Positions 50,001 to 63,600 of a DNA stretch of 64,000 nt are shown one piece after another; the stretch's first letter is position 1; the number at the start of each line of letters is the position of its first letter. The stretch comes from Microbotryum violaceum (taxonomy: Eukaryota), in assembly GCA_001244265.2 (NCBI GenBank), contig CDLV01000016.1:310001-374000 (forward strand). Direction: 5' to 3'. The position numbers were made by a program, and so were the translations under genes. The notes under the pieces are model-generated. The model searched no databases, was not told the origin of the DNA, and saw only the letters and a list, made by a program, of their open reading frames with translations.

Positions 50001-51752
50001 CGTCGACGCGCTCGCTGAGCAAGGTCTTCGTGTGCTTGCCGTGGCGCAGAAGCCGTGGCTGTACACTGGCGCCGATAATCCTAGCCGAGAGGAGGTCGAG
50101 GCTGATATGACTCTGCAAGGCCTTGTCGGTTTGTATGGTGAGTCTTCGAAGAGAGAAAAAATGGCTTACTTCTGCCCGTGATACTGACGCCTAACACGTT
50201 CCTTCCGGCCTTGCAGATCCCCCTCGCAACGAAACCCAGGGCGCCGTGAGGAGCTGCCACCATGCTGGTATTCAAGTCCACATGCTTACCGGAGATCACC
50301 CCTCGACCGCACGAGCGATCGCTCTTCAAGTCGGAATCTTGCCTCGCAACATCAACGCGCTCTCAAAGGGCTCGGCCGACGCCATGGTCATGACTGCGGC
50401 GGAGTTCGATCGCTTGTCGGACGACGAGGTCGATGCTCTTCCCCTTCTCCCTCTCGTTATTGCTCGGTGCGCGCCTCACACCAAGACACGAATGGTCGAT
50501 GCGCTCCACCGACGCAAGGCGTTTTGCGCCATGACCGGTGACGGAGTGAACGATTCTCCTTCGCTCAAGCGTGCCGATGTCGGCATCGGCATGGGCACAG
50601 GCAGTGATGTCGCCAAGGACGCCTCGGACCTCGTGCTCGCAGACGACAACTTTGCCTCGATCCTGAACGCCATCGAGGAAGGCCGTCGCATGTTTGACAA
50701 CATCCAAAAGTTTGTGCTGCACTTGCTCGCTGGTAACGTCATGCAGGCCATCGTCTTGCTCGTCGGTCTCGCGTTCAAGGATGCGATGAACCTTTCCGTC
50801 TTCCCTCTAACACCCATCGAGATCCTTTACGGTCAGTCCAACATGGTCACCTTTAGTTGCTAAGAATATGAAGCGTACTAACACACTTTCTCGTTTGTTC
50901 GTAATTACAGTCATTTGCGCGACGGCTAGTTTCCCCGCCATGGGACTCGGCGCCGAAAAGGCATCGCCCGACATCATGAAACGCAAGCCCCATTCGCTTA
51001 AGACGGGCATCTTCACTCCTGAGATCCTGATCGACATGGTCGTCTACGGCATTCTCGGTGGAGCAACCTGCCTCTGCGTCTTTGTCACCATCGTGTGGGG
51101 CTTTGGCGACGGCAATCTCGGCATTGACTCGAACAACTCGATCGGTGACGGTTCCGAATTGGTGTTCAAGGCTCGTTCGGCTACCTTTGGTGGGTGCCGA
51201 AATTCCGCGCATACTACCTCCGTATAAAGTGCTCTGACCCTTCGTTCTCGTTCGCGTGCTGCAGCAACTATGACGTGGAACTGCCTCTTCTTGGCCTGGT
51301 TCGTTAAGGATCTGCGCCGTAGTCTTTTCAAGCTGCGCGACGACAGCGAGCGACCCCTCACGCAGTGGACGCGCGACCTTTGGGCGAACCGGTTCTTGTT
51401 CTGGTCCGTCGCGCTCGGATTCCTCACTGTCTTCCCCATCATTTGTAAGTAGAGCCGGATGGAGAACGTAAATAACTGTGAATGCTCGAACCTGATCCTG
51501 ATCGGTTTGCGCCCACTCCTTCCCGCAGATATTCCTGGCTTGAACCGGGTCGTCTTTGGCCACACCGAAATCTCGTGGGAGATCGGGGCTTCCTTCATCG
51601 CCTTGCTCGCCTTTATCGTGCTCGTCGAACTGTATAAGTACGGCAAGCGAGTGTACTTCCGTCTCCGAGCCGCGCGACACCCTGAAGAGATCGAGGAGAT
51701 GCCCGGTGTGTTTGCGGCGTGGAAGACGATCCAACCGGATCAGGAAGTTTAG
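47090..51752 (+). CDS. ENA1: ENA-type (P2D) Na+/K+-exporting P-type ATPase, multi-exon
   Basis: DEALLTGESLPV, SMIPASLVVVLTIT, DICSDKTGTLTQGKM, FPFDSDLKRMSV, MKGAVERI, MLTGDHP, MTGDGVNDSPSLK; IPAS and TQGKM are typical of ENA pumps. Confidence 0.93.
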
Positions 51753-52415
51753 GGGTTTCCGTTGCTGTGCGACCGCTTTCATGAGGGACCAGGCCGATCT
51801 TTTGTATCATGTTGACTGCTGAGAAATGTACTAATTTCAAATCCGTAGGAATGCTCCTTCTGAAGAGGCAATCTTTGCACATAACACCCGGCAATCTTGG
51901 GACGAAAGGGATCTGATTCCAGACTTGAGTTTGGCTCGGGCTGTGTGACCCCTATCTTAAGGGCTATGTTCTCGAGGGTGGCAACAGCCCTGGCACAACA
52001 CAATATCGCTTAATACTAGGTTCAGGATGGCTGGGGCAAAATAGAGAGAGTCCTGATGCTTTGATTAATATGTGTCGTGGGGTGAAAATAACCCGAGCCA
52101 CGATCTGCCACGCGGGTCAGCCTCTCAACTCGTCGTTCTTGGCGCTCTCGGCATCACCTCGTTCGGCTCACGTCAAGCCTGGAGGTCGGAGCGGTTGCAC
52201 ACGTTGCAAATCCATTCAAATATACCGGATCTGGTAACGACTGTTCTCCACCGCCTCTGTCGTCTCGTCCCAAGGCTCCGGGCCCGCCTACAGAATCGTC
52301 ATCGTCGCCAGGTGGAGCTCGATCAATCGACTGCCTTGCACGCCGTAACGCTTCGCATCACGAGTTGGGTATCTAGTCAAGGCGTTTTGCTGGTCCCACC
52401 ACTAGCACCCTCATC

Positions 52416-55400
52416 ATGACTGAGAATGCGCTTGCATCGCTCAAGACGAATGCGCAGAGGCTCGGAGCACGACTGGGGGAGAACTTGGCCGGTCAGTCGA
52501 AGCTTACCTTTGTCTCCGTACTGGAATCATGCGACTGACAATGACCGATAACACTACGCAGAGCACTCGCGTGACCTGGGCCTGATTGCAAGTTACCCCA
52601 TCTTTGCCCGCCGGCTGCCAGGCTCCGCAATGACGTCGCGCAGCTGTCAGCTGACCTTTCGTTTCGACCTCTCTGCATTACGCAGGATGGCTTCGCAAGT
52701 GGCAGTGGGGGAGGCTCGGGACGATATCTAGAGAATGGAGCCGTTATCACCTCTGTGGGGATCGAGGAGACGAAGAAGATGCTGGCGTCGAAACGGGAGA
52801 GCGATCGAGTTGACGGACTCAAGAGGGTCATCGCGGTAAGTTCCGTACCGTTTGTGGCTTTCAACATTCTGAGAACTGCCGAGAACTGATGGCTGAACAT
52901 GCATGTTATCCAATGTACTTGCAGATGATGACCAAAAAACTGCCCGTCTTGGGCTTCTTCCCGCTTGTCACCTCCCTGCTGTCCCCATCGACACCGCTGC
53001 AGGCTCGCACGCTCATCTCGCTTTACATCATCCACTGCGCCAACTCTGCCCCCGAGCTCGCCCTCTTGTCCATTAACGCCTACCAGAAGGATCTGTCGGA
53101 CTCGAATCCGATTGTACGCGCCGGCGCCATCAAAACGCTTTCGTCCATGAACCTGCCCGACATTCGTTCGCTCGTCGGCGTTGCTGTTTCCAAAGGGGCA
53201 CGCGACGGCGCGTGGTACGTCCGCCGAGCCACGGCCGATGCGGTCGCGACCTTGTGGAGGGCGGACCCGACGACCGCGAACCGCAACCAATTGCTGCCGA
53301 CTTTGATCGTGCTGCTCAACTCGGCGAGCCCGCTGACGATTGGATCGGCGTTGTCGGCGTGGGAAGAAATGTGCCCAACGCGATGGGATCTGCTCCACCC
53401 GTGTTTCCGCAAATGGTGTCGCATGCTCGTCGACGTTGAGGAGTGGGGCCAGACCGTTGTCCTACGCGTTCTCTTGCAGTATGGCCGATCATTCTTCCTC
53501 GATCCGGCTCGGGAAGGCAAACTCGACCCGGATGCCGAACTCTTGCTGAAGGCCTCGGATGCGCTGTTGCAGCACATCAACCCTTCGGTCGTGTCGGCGA
53601 CGATCAAGGTTCACTACTACCTTGCACCTTCCGATCGTTTGCCCAAGATTATACGACCGCTGCTCCGACTGCTGAGATCCTCGCCCGAGGTCCAAGCGAT
53701 CGTGCTCGAAGATTGCGCCGTCGTAGCCTCGACGAGACCGGAGCTCCTCGCCGAGCACGTGTCCGAGTTTTACGTGCGTTTCTCTGAGGTCTTGTCGTTG
53801 AAGCAGGCTCGTTTGAGAATCCTCGTGGCCTTGACGAACCAAACGAACGTGCGCGAGATCATGAAGGAACTATCGGTGAGCGAAATGAGTGCCACTGTCT
53901 GCACTACGCTGCTAACGCTCGGACCCTACCAAATTGCCAGATCTACGTCAAAGATGGCGACGAAATGTTTTCCGCGGATGCTATCAAGGCCATAGGCTCG
54001 TGCGCTCAGCAGGTACCGGCGGTTTCCGAAGAGTGCCTCCAAACGCTGATCGAGCTCACCCAGAGCAAACACGGTAAGCTGTGTAGACCCTCCGTTCAGC
54101 CTGGTGGGGTCTTCTGACAGTGTTTGATACCTTACTTACAACAGAAGTAATCACCGCGCAATCGGTCCTCGTCTTGCGATCACTGTTGAGGTCACCCTAT
54201 CTACCGAGCTCGACTTCTCGTCCAGCCGTCATCACGCGTCTCGTTGATTTGCTCGAGGCCGATCGAATCAAAGCTCCGACAGCTCGCGCGACGATTTATT
54301 GGCTGGTCGGACAATTCGTACCCGGCGGCCTTGTGTCGACCGTCGCACCCGACGTCGTCCGCTTGGGCGCGATCGGCTTCGCTGTGGAATCCGAGATCGC
54401 GAAACTGCAACTGCTCACGCTTTCGGCCAAATGCGTCGTCGCGTCAACTATGACGAGCTCGGCCCCCTATTTGCGCGAGTACTCGCTCTTGTTCGAATAC
54501 TTGGCGACTTTGGCACGGTATGATCTTACCTACGAGGTGCGGGATCGAGCAAGGTTCTTAAAAGGGGTTCTCGGAGCGGCGGGGCTCGGACGAGCGGATG
54601 TGGGCAAGGCCAGAGTCGGTCTTGGGGAAGAGGACTTTAACAAGGGCGTGATGGTAGAGAACTTTACGGGGACGAGTGGCGACGCGAATACCGAGTCAGA
54701 GTCGGACAAGGCGAGGACGATGTCGAATGAGCAAGCGCGCAAGATCCTCTTTGAAGGCAAGACGTTCGATGTGGAGCGAGGTGGGTCCTTCGTCCTGATG
54801 TGGTTGAGCACGCGTAGCTTGCTGAGTCGACGTTTCCTTTCTACGCGAATAGACGTGAACGCAGGAGACGGTCCCTTCGACCTAGGAAGCTTCTCTCTAG
54901 CCCTACCGACCAAACGCCTGGGGTTCGGATCGTCATCGCCGTCTGGCGTCCCTTCGTACCCAACCAAAGTCCCCCCTTCGTCGATCCGTGATCCTCCCCC
55001 ATCGCTTGACCCCACCCCACCCGGCTCAAGAGGTCAAAGTCGGTCACCAACCCCCCTACGCGGCTTCGGTTCCGACTCATTGAAGAACTCCGCTCACGAA
55101 GGAGCTGCGGTTGTTTTGACCCCGACAGATTTCGCGAGGTCCGCGAATGGGGTGGAAGGGGCCACGAGGTCGGGGTCGGGGCCGGTGAGTGGGATGTTGG
55201 GTGGAGCGGGGATGCAGGCGAGACGGAAGGGTTTTGCGGTTTTGGAGGATTTCTATAAGAATGAGAGTGGGAGTGAGGAGGAGAGTGAAGAGGATGATGA
55301 TGATGACGAGGACGAGGACGAGACGGAGACGGAGGATGACGATGAGGAAGATGAGAAAGGAGACGAGGACGATGAAGATGATGGAGAAGACGTAGAGGGG

Positions 55401-55478
55401 AGCGATGAGGAAGAGGTAGCGATAAGTGACGAGAAAGGTGAATCGATAGGGTCCACAGAGAGAGAAGTAATACCGTGA
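52416..55478 (+). CDS. APL6: AP-3 adaptor complex beta subunit
   Basis: DGLKRVIA, PELALLSINAYQKDLSDSNPIVRAGAIKTLSS, LHPCFRKWCRMLVDVEEWGQ, LDPDAELLL, LARYDLTYEVRDRARF; acidic tail. Confidence 0.92.
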
Positions 55479-55480
55479 AA

Positions 55481-55532
55481 TACAATGCGTGTGGCGCCCA
55501 CGAGGTTACAATGCGTGTGGCGCCCACGAGGT
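55481..55532. repeat. Perfect 26-bp tandem duplication (TACAATGCGTGTGGCGCCCACGAGGT x2)
   Basis: Read directly; starts 2 nt after the AP-3 beta stop. Confidence 0.9.
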
Positions 55533-56347
55533 TGGCCATACCTGCTTTGGATACCGTATGCTTGCGGCCAAATCCCGCGGGATGCGCCGGATAGCGCCGG
55601 ATAAACTCTGAAGCAAAGACTCCTGTCTAAACAGGAGAGGATGACAACCTGCGACGATTGCCTAGCAAATCAGCAAATTCCCACGCCCCATGCAGCTTGG
55701 AAGCGCCGGGTAATAGGAGGTCACAAATAGGCCATCCTGATCACTCGGCCGATTGAATCGTCGATCGGTCATTGCCGAGCAGTGCCGTCATTCCGTCCGG
55801 TCATGCGATTTCCACTTTGATCAAAAAAAGGCTCTTGTGGGATGTGCTGGTATCAAATCTATTGAGTACCTTGTGACGAGTTAGACAGCTTTGGGTAGTA
55901 AGTAGCGCGGTATTGAACATCTGGTGCAAGCTGATATCGGCGGTACCAGCTCGGCGTTCGGCGACACGCCGCGCTTGGCGCGTTTGCGGCGTGGGCGTGG
56001 GCGTGGGCGTGCGAGCTTTACCAAGTTAGAACATCCTCAGTGGTGCGCTTGCTCGGGTTGGGCGGGGCGCGCCTAATTAGGGACGGGCGAGTTTGTCTTT
56101 TCTGAGTCGCCTGTTTCCAGCGGGCAGGCAGGATAGAGCGAGCTCACTGTGCATTCTGTGTCGTCACGCGCCACCCTCTTCCGTATGACCTTGACCTGAC
56201 CTAAATCTGACCCCACCGACTCGTCTCCGCTCCACCACCGGCGCGTGCCGTTCCAAGTCGCCAGTCTGCATCGCCCGCCCGTCCCACCCCTATTTTCGTA
56301 TCGCGCTGCTCTTCTCCACCACCCGCCGAGGTCTGTCAGCTGCGCTC

Positions 56348-59300
56348 ATGGCGCCTTTCCCGTCGCGTCGGTCGTCGTCGTCGGCGGCGTCGATCCTGCC
56401 CATCTCGATTGCGCACCACCCGCAGCCCGCGCCACAGCCGAGCGGTACGACGTCGTACCCACCCGCCAACGGTGCTCACGACGGATCATCCTCGTCGCAC
56501 CACGATCGATCAGCTTCGACACCGCCTCGCGCCTCGTCACCCGCGCCTTCGACGTCCGGCCTGACGCCGAAGCAGCTCTATGGAGGCGTCGACGAGCCCC
56601 AAGCGGGCCTGCTCCATGGCCCCGGCCGAAGCTACGACTCGAAAAAGGCCGTACGACAACTGCTCGAGGTCAGTCGGGACTGTTTATCTATGGCTTACCT
56701 TTTTTTCCTCCGTTAGGAGTGCATGACCTGCTCGTAATGCACACCCGCCGCCCGCGGGGTTGTTCATCTGTGTTTCGACGTGGGGGCGTCATTATCGTCA
56801 ACGGCGCTCGGCTCGCGCTCGCTGTCGAGAGTGCTGCGGAGCTTTGCGTAGCTTTTGGCGGCCACCATCCGCATCGAGACATCGAGCAGTCTCGATAGTT
56901 GCTCGACGGCTCAACAGGGTGTTTACGGTGCGGAATGCAACCTTCCACTCGGTCGAGGTGGTTGACATGACCCACCTGCGGCCGTGTGTGTTTCAGTGCG
57001 ATCCACCACAAATTGCTACGACACAGCGGTAGCTCGCGGAGGCGGTGCTGCGTCGAGCGCACCAAGTCACATCGAATCCTCATTCCAAGGTTTAGACTAT
57101 GGCATTCAGTGCGTCAAATCGGATCGCGGTGTGGTATGCTTCCGTGACGAGGCGGTTCGTGTGCCGCACCCGGCCCCCGCTCGTCACCGTTCTTCCGAGG
57201 CGTCCGGCCCTCGGGCCAAGTGTTTCCTTCTCTTTCTTGCCGTGGCTTTGGCGCCTTCCAATGGGAATACGATTGTGGCCACTAGCGTCGCTATGCTAGC
57301 TTTCTGCCCCCGGCTCTTGGCGATGGGTTCCAACCAGCTCCCCACTTCTGCTCGTGTGCGCTCGGGGGTCGAGGTTGTTCATTCAATGAACTGACACGCC
57401 ATTTCTCAACAATCACTGTAGGAGAACCACATCACGTACGTAGACTTTGTCAGAAGCTCACTCGCTGGAACATCGTTGACGTTTCCTCATAATTTGTCCG
57501 CCCACAGCAAGCACACTTACTTCAACGACGACGGCTTCCACAACCATGCCGCCCATCATCTGCTTGCTTCCTACTCGCTTGGTGCTCCCGCCTCGCTGCT
57601 CAAAAACATCTGGGAGGTCCACTTGATCGAGGGTACCAAGCCGATGCTGCCGCTCCATCCGATCGGATTGACCGAGGCGAACTGGACCAAGCACTTAGGG
57701 AATGAAAAGTAAGCGCTTTTTTGGGGGCTTCGGGGCTTGAGGCTGACGTCTAAGAGAGGTTAGCGGGCGTCGAGAGGCTGAGCACTGTACCCTCACCACT
57801 GTCAGGTTTTACCCGAACTATCTCGCCTTTTTCATGCGCCAAATCAAGGAGATTCCCCTGGCCACGAGCCAGTATGCGGAGAGGAAAAGTAGTGTCATCC
57901 CCGTGCTTGAACGCTACCTCCTCGGTGGGCAGGGTCAGATGCTCGTACGGTGCGTTGCGTGCCATCATCGCTATCACCAAGGACAGTAGACCGAGTGTAC
58001 TGACATTCGTCATGTTTGGGCGACCTTGCACAGAGCGGTCAGTGGAGCTTTGCATGGATTGATCAATATTGGCTACGGTGTCGAGTTCGGTCTGGACGCT
58101 TTGGTTGCAGAAGGTTCGTTATGCTGGACTGTCCAGACTTCTGATTCTTGTCTTGTCTGCTTGGCTCATTTTCGCCCTTTCCTGCCCGTGAAAAGGTCTG
58201 GCCCAGTCCGCGGTCACGTCGCCTCAAGTCTCGCCGCTCTTCGATGCGGCCTGGCCACCACCACCGCGCACCCAAACGGCGATGCAGTTCACGCTCTCGT
58301 CGGCCCTGTCCTCGTTCAAGCTCGGCAGCGGCTCGTTTGGGACGATGCCCATCGCTTCACCCTCCGACTCGTTCGTCCAGACCGCTGCTCGATTGCCCCG
58401 AGAACGTCGAGTGCCCCGAGAGGGCCTGGCCGGCTTCACGATCCTCGAGAGGATTCTTCACGATGCCCGTCTTGCTCCCGATGTCGCGGTCTTTGAGAAG
58501 GACTTCCCCAAATTGGGCAACTTGCTCAAACGCCGCGCGGACATTATCATCGAGTGGTGCGACGAGTGGAAGTTTAGCTGCGACGCGAGCCCGGATTACG
58601 GGGAGGAGCATCAAGCCAAACGCAAAGAAGGGACGCCGCTCAAGACGCCGAACTGGGAAGAGGTGGTCGAAAAGTGCGAAGAGTTGTTATGGATGGCTAC
58701 GGTGAGGCGAAGTTGTGCATGATCGATAATTTTCTTGTGATCGCCGTTTCTGACAAAATCTGCGGGCTATATTGGGCGCCCAGGTGCTTTACGCTTCGAG
58801 CACGAGACCAGGATATGCGTGCAAGCCCAAGATGGACTTTTTCATCATGCACGGCCTTACTTCGGTCTTGTTTTTGCCAGCGATCCTCGAAGTCGTTTCT
58901 CCCCATTTGCGCCCCTACATCCTCCACACCCATTTCCGCATGATTGTCAGCTACTGGATCTCGCGAGGACGGTAAGTGCTGCTGTGGGACGCAAGCCGAG
59001 ACAAATTGCTGTGGAGACTGATGGTGGCTCCATTTTCTGACTTTACTGATGACTGCAGACCGAATCTATGGATCAAAGAAACCCTCATGGCCGCACCCTT
59101 GTACCCGATGCCCCCGGACGCCTCCTCCCCGTCGACGAGCGCCGTAGCGCGCTACCTCGCCAGTCTACACGCCAGAAAAGAAGGCGAGTTGGGTCCCGAT
59201 GGGGTGCCCAAGACGCCGCAGGTCGATGCGAACGGGAGACTGCGACTCGAGGAGGAGTTGGCAGAGGCGACGGAGACGCCGCTGGATCTGCTCGGGGGCG

Positions 59301-60007
59301 GGAACCCTTGGTCCACCGTGCTCGCCAGCGCCGTGGACCATCCCGATGACCACGTCGCCAAGGTCATTCGCTCGCTCGCCTTTGCGGCGACCCATTTTGG
59401 GCAATCCCCGGCCGGGTTCTACCAAGCCTCGTTGCCTGGAACCGAAGTCATGGACGGGAGCATCTTCATCCGCGCCGCTGGTATGACGTTGCAAGCAATG
59501 GGATGGTGTCACGAAGGCGAGTCTCCCGGCTCGTGGGATCGATCTGCGCTCGGCTTCGAGTCAGCATGGGAGAACGAACCCCGTATTCCCGGTTACGACT
59601 TGCCCGCGTCTCGTTCATCATCGTCATCGTTCAAGGGCAAGCAGAGGCCCGAACGACCTGAGGACCAAGAAGAGGACGATTTTGTCGGCACACCGGGATC
59701 TCGCTCCCGCACCAACTCGCCGCCTCGTTTCGGCCAAGGCCTTGGTTTCGACCCAGCAATGCCGGCCTCGCCGGTTCGAGCGGTGTGGGCCTCGAGTTCG
59801 AGACCCGGTTCGGGGGTTGAAGCGAGTTCCAGACCCGGTTCGGGCGCTTCAACCCCCAGGGACGGCAGGATGCAGACCCCGATCCTCTCTGAAGGCGTAC
59901 TGGAAACGAGGTTGATGGTCGGTCGTGGCGACGAGGCCGAACGGGAGGAAGAGATGAGAAGGAGAAGGGACGCAGAGGAGGATGAGGATCGAGAGTTGAT
60001 GGCTTGA
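56348..60007 (+). CDS. Questin-oxidase-like / AflY (HypA) family oxidoreductase, multi-exon
   Basis: QLLE|ENHITKHTYFNDDGFHNHAAHHLLASYSLGAP, NWTKHLGNE, VSGALHGLINIGYGVEFG...VAEGLAQSAV, MDFFIMHGLTS, AVDHPDDHVAKVIRSL, GSWDRSALG. Confidence 0.85.
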
Positions 60008-60063
60008 TGGCTTGATGGCTTGATGGCTTGAGGCTTGATGGCTTGATGGCTTGATGGCTTGAT
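59996..60063. repeat. 8-bp tandem repeat (TTGATGGC)n, ~8.5 copies (one 7-bp unit), spanning the stop codon
   Basis: Read directly. Confidence 0.9.
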
Positions 60064-60658
60064 AGTTTGAGAGAGCGCACATTATCACCCACCCACCCGG
60101 CGTTTTCTTGTTTTTTTCCGTGTCGCCCCCTTACCCTATCACCGCAAGAAGACCACCCACAACGACGACCCATTCGCTTTCTTCTTTCCTGCCCTTCGCT
60201 TGTTCGACATAATGTTCCGTGCCAGCGTCGAATGCCCTATGGACCCGAGATTAGTACATCCCCGAACCGTTTTCGCCCATTGCGGGCTTGAACATACATA
60301 TCACGAACCCTTTTTGTGCCCACTCGATAACCGGCTTTCTACAAAGCCCGATCTCGATCAATGATTCTCTACTTTTGCAATCGCATTTCTCTCAATACCT
60401 CAAACGGTCGCTTCTTCTCATCAGGGCTGTCTGGGCTCGTCGAGAACCAAGAGGAGAGGAAAACTGATGGCACTGCAAATTGAAAAGTAGGGTATCTTAT
60501 ACAACAGCTCTGGGAGATAGGAGAAGATGTACTATTCAAATCCAATCAAAATAATATATATATATATTATATACATAGATTGTTACGAGTGCGGCACGAA
60601 GATGATTACTACGGCGAGTCGTGTCGAGTTGCGTTGCGCCACGAGCTGAAAGGTGTGG

Positions 60659-63600
60659 TCAAGTGCTCATCCATTGCGCCCACGCGTGGTCGTGAGCGGC
60701 ATCAACATCGACATCGACGACGGTCACGCTCGGTTCCCCATTCCGATTCGCCTCGAGCATAGAATGCATCTCCTGCAACCGCATCTCTGCCTTGGGCGTG
60801 TAATAACATGCTCCCTTGAGCCCTTCGATCAGCCAATTCAACTCATCGGCATTGACCTCGTCCGCGACCGACTGAGGGCCTTTGGCATCATTTGGATCGT
60901 ACTGTTGCGTCGCCAATTGAGTCCAATCCGCCGCATGCTCGAGTTGAAACGCATGGTGGTAAAGCATATGTCGATCGGCGCCGCGGAGGTATTCACGCGC
61001 GTAGTGAGCGTTGAGTTTGATCGTTTGCCGAACACGAATCGTCATTTCGTGTGCCAGCATGGGTAGACCTGGTGAGGGGAGGTGGAGGACAAAGGTGCGT
61101 AGCATGGGGATGAGGTCGATGAGATCGCGATCGCAGCGAATGACGCGGGCGAGGTAGTCCTTCTCGTGGTCCTCTGCGGCCGCTACGGATCCAGCGCTCG
61201 AAGGAGAGGTCTCGCTATTGGATCCATCGCCGTGGTGGTGGTGGTGCTCGTGGGTCAAACCCGCTTCGTGTATATACCGCTTCAGCATCTCGACGCCTCT
61301 TCGACCATCATCCACGGCTTGCAGCAAGGGTCGAATCGATATCTCAACCTCATTCGTGGCCAGCGGCGGACTCGCGATGCGCGCAAACAGACGCTGCGCG
61401 GCGGCGACCCAACACGCGAGCGTGTGGACGGCAAGTTGAATCCCCTCTTCCGCCGATGGGGTCGTGCGTAGAATCGATCCAAAGGCGTTCAGGATTGAGT
61501 CTTGTGGAAGGTCCGGTTGCACAATCGAGACTTGAGCAAAGTAGTGGTGGAGGTCGGATTCGGTGATCATGCACATGCGCCGCGAGTAGGCAGCGATGAG
61601 CGCATCCAGGGTCTGTGAACCCATGTGTCAGTGAGTCTATAAGTCCTCACTATACGCGTGTAATTTTGGGACTTACATAGAGGGCGAGGCCGAAAGAGCT
61701 CTGCAGTTCGGTAATCCGAGCCGCGTTGACCGCCGTCTCGATCAATTCCTTGTAGTGCGCAATCGCAGTCCGCAGGAGCGACTTCGATTTGCGCGGCACG
61801 AACTCGGAGAAGGCGGCTGTTTGGGTTAACGCTATCAGAGCAGCCAGCGTTTCCACAGAGACATCTTCGAGGAGACCGTGATCGTAGCAGAGCGAGTGGG
61901 CCTGAGCGACGAGGGCCTGACATGCCGATTGACGACGCGAGCCGGCCGACAGGTCCGGATCGCTCTGTCCGTCATCGGGTGCAGCAGCGATACCGAGGAC
62001 TGCCTATAACAAGAGTACCTCAACCGGGCGTAAGTAGCTGTGCGCGCGGGACCGACACTACTTCCCCGCTGGTGCAAGACTGACCGAATGGGGCGATGCT
62101 CGCGCTCCGACTGCGCAAAAGGCAGCGATCGCGACCTGAATTGGGCCCGGCAACTTGTCGACTTGCTGGTATTGCGGTATCGATGCGCGGAAGAAGTCGA
62201 ACGACGGCATCTGGAAGCAGCAAGACGAGAAAAAGGCTAATCGCACAATGAGGAAGAAGGGGACGGCGGTCAGATTCGGCCTAGCATAACAGGCAGATCA
62301 GGAGAACGAACCTTCACACAAATGCTGCGTCAGCGACCGAGCCAATTGAGGAGTCGCGAGGCGCCAGTCTACAGATTGCTGCCCAATATGAGCTCCCTCG
62401 ACTCGAGTCAGCGCTGTCTGGGGCTGTGATCGGGCTGAGGAAGTTGACATCGAGGCCGGAGACGACCACGCTACCGTCACGGGCTCGAGTGGTGTCTCTT
62501 GCTCGCCCGTCGATCCAAGCTGCTGCTCGATTTCCACTGGTAAGATAGAGTGCGAGGTAAATAAGCTATGGAAGGAATAGTGGAGCAAGCTAGCTGGCGC
62601 TGGTACTGACTGAGCCTTTCCTCCATCCGATTTAGCCGTTCAGTTTCGGCCGCATCTTGGGCAGACATGGATCTGCCACCCCGACATTTGCCGAAGAGTC
62701 ACCCCTAGGGTCAGTACACACTTTCGATTCAGGACAGTTTGCGAAATGTGTTGCACTGACATTTTGTCGTTCGGATGCAGCGAAATGAGATCACACTCCT
62801 CGTTGCGGATCTTGCAGTTGTTGCACACGGGGAACGCGCGATCGCATTTAACTAGGAGCCGCATAATCCAATTGATCAGCATCAAGAAAGGTAAGACCAA
62901 ATCCTTGGGAGCCACAAGGCCAACCTTTGCGAATCCTGCAACGCGCGCAGCTCTTTTCGGTGATGACCGTGTCGGCGTCGCCGGACTCGCGCGGTTTGCT
63001 CGCTTTTCGCTTTTTGCTGTTCGGGACCGGAGTACTCAACGACGAGTCGGATTCCAACTTGCTGATCGCCGTCTGTGACGAAGAAGCTTCGGATGGCTTG
63101 CTCGCGGACTTTTGTATTCCCGTCAAGCCCGGTTGGCTTGGATGGAAGCGACCCTCCCCTGAGGCTGCGGCTACTGAAGAGCCCGGTTGACTACTACGCG
63201 ACTCGAATGGAGACGGGTCGACATTGGCACTTCGGCTACTACTCCCAGCTTGCGATAATTTGTGTTCCGAAGCCACAGTGCCGGTGACGGTAGCGGTAGC
63301 CGATGGCCCGACGGGAGGAGACAGTCTCTGCCGATTGGAAATGAGGTTGAGGTCGTTGGCGCCTCGAGCGGACCTAGAACGTTCGGCGCCGCGGTTCCCG
63401 TACCCGCCGCCGATCGTTGTTGAGCTCCGAGAATGAGACGACGATGAGGACGTCGACGCGGCGACTTGACCACCCGTTTGTACTTTGTGGTGCGTGGGAT
63501 TAGGGGTGGACCACGAGGACGGATGTTGGGGTGGATGTGGAGGGTAGGTCTGGGCCAGGGTCGAGATGTGTGCACCGTATGTCGGCGCTAATGGGTCCTC

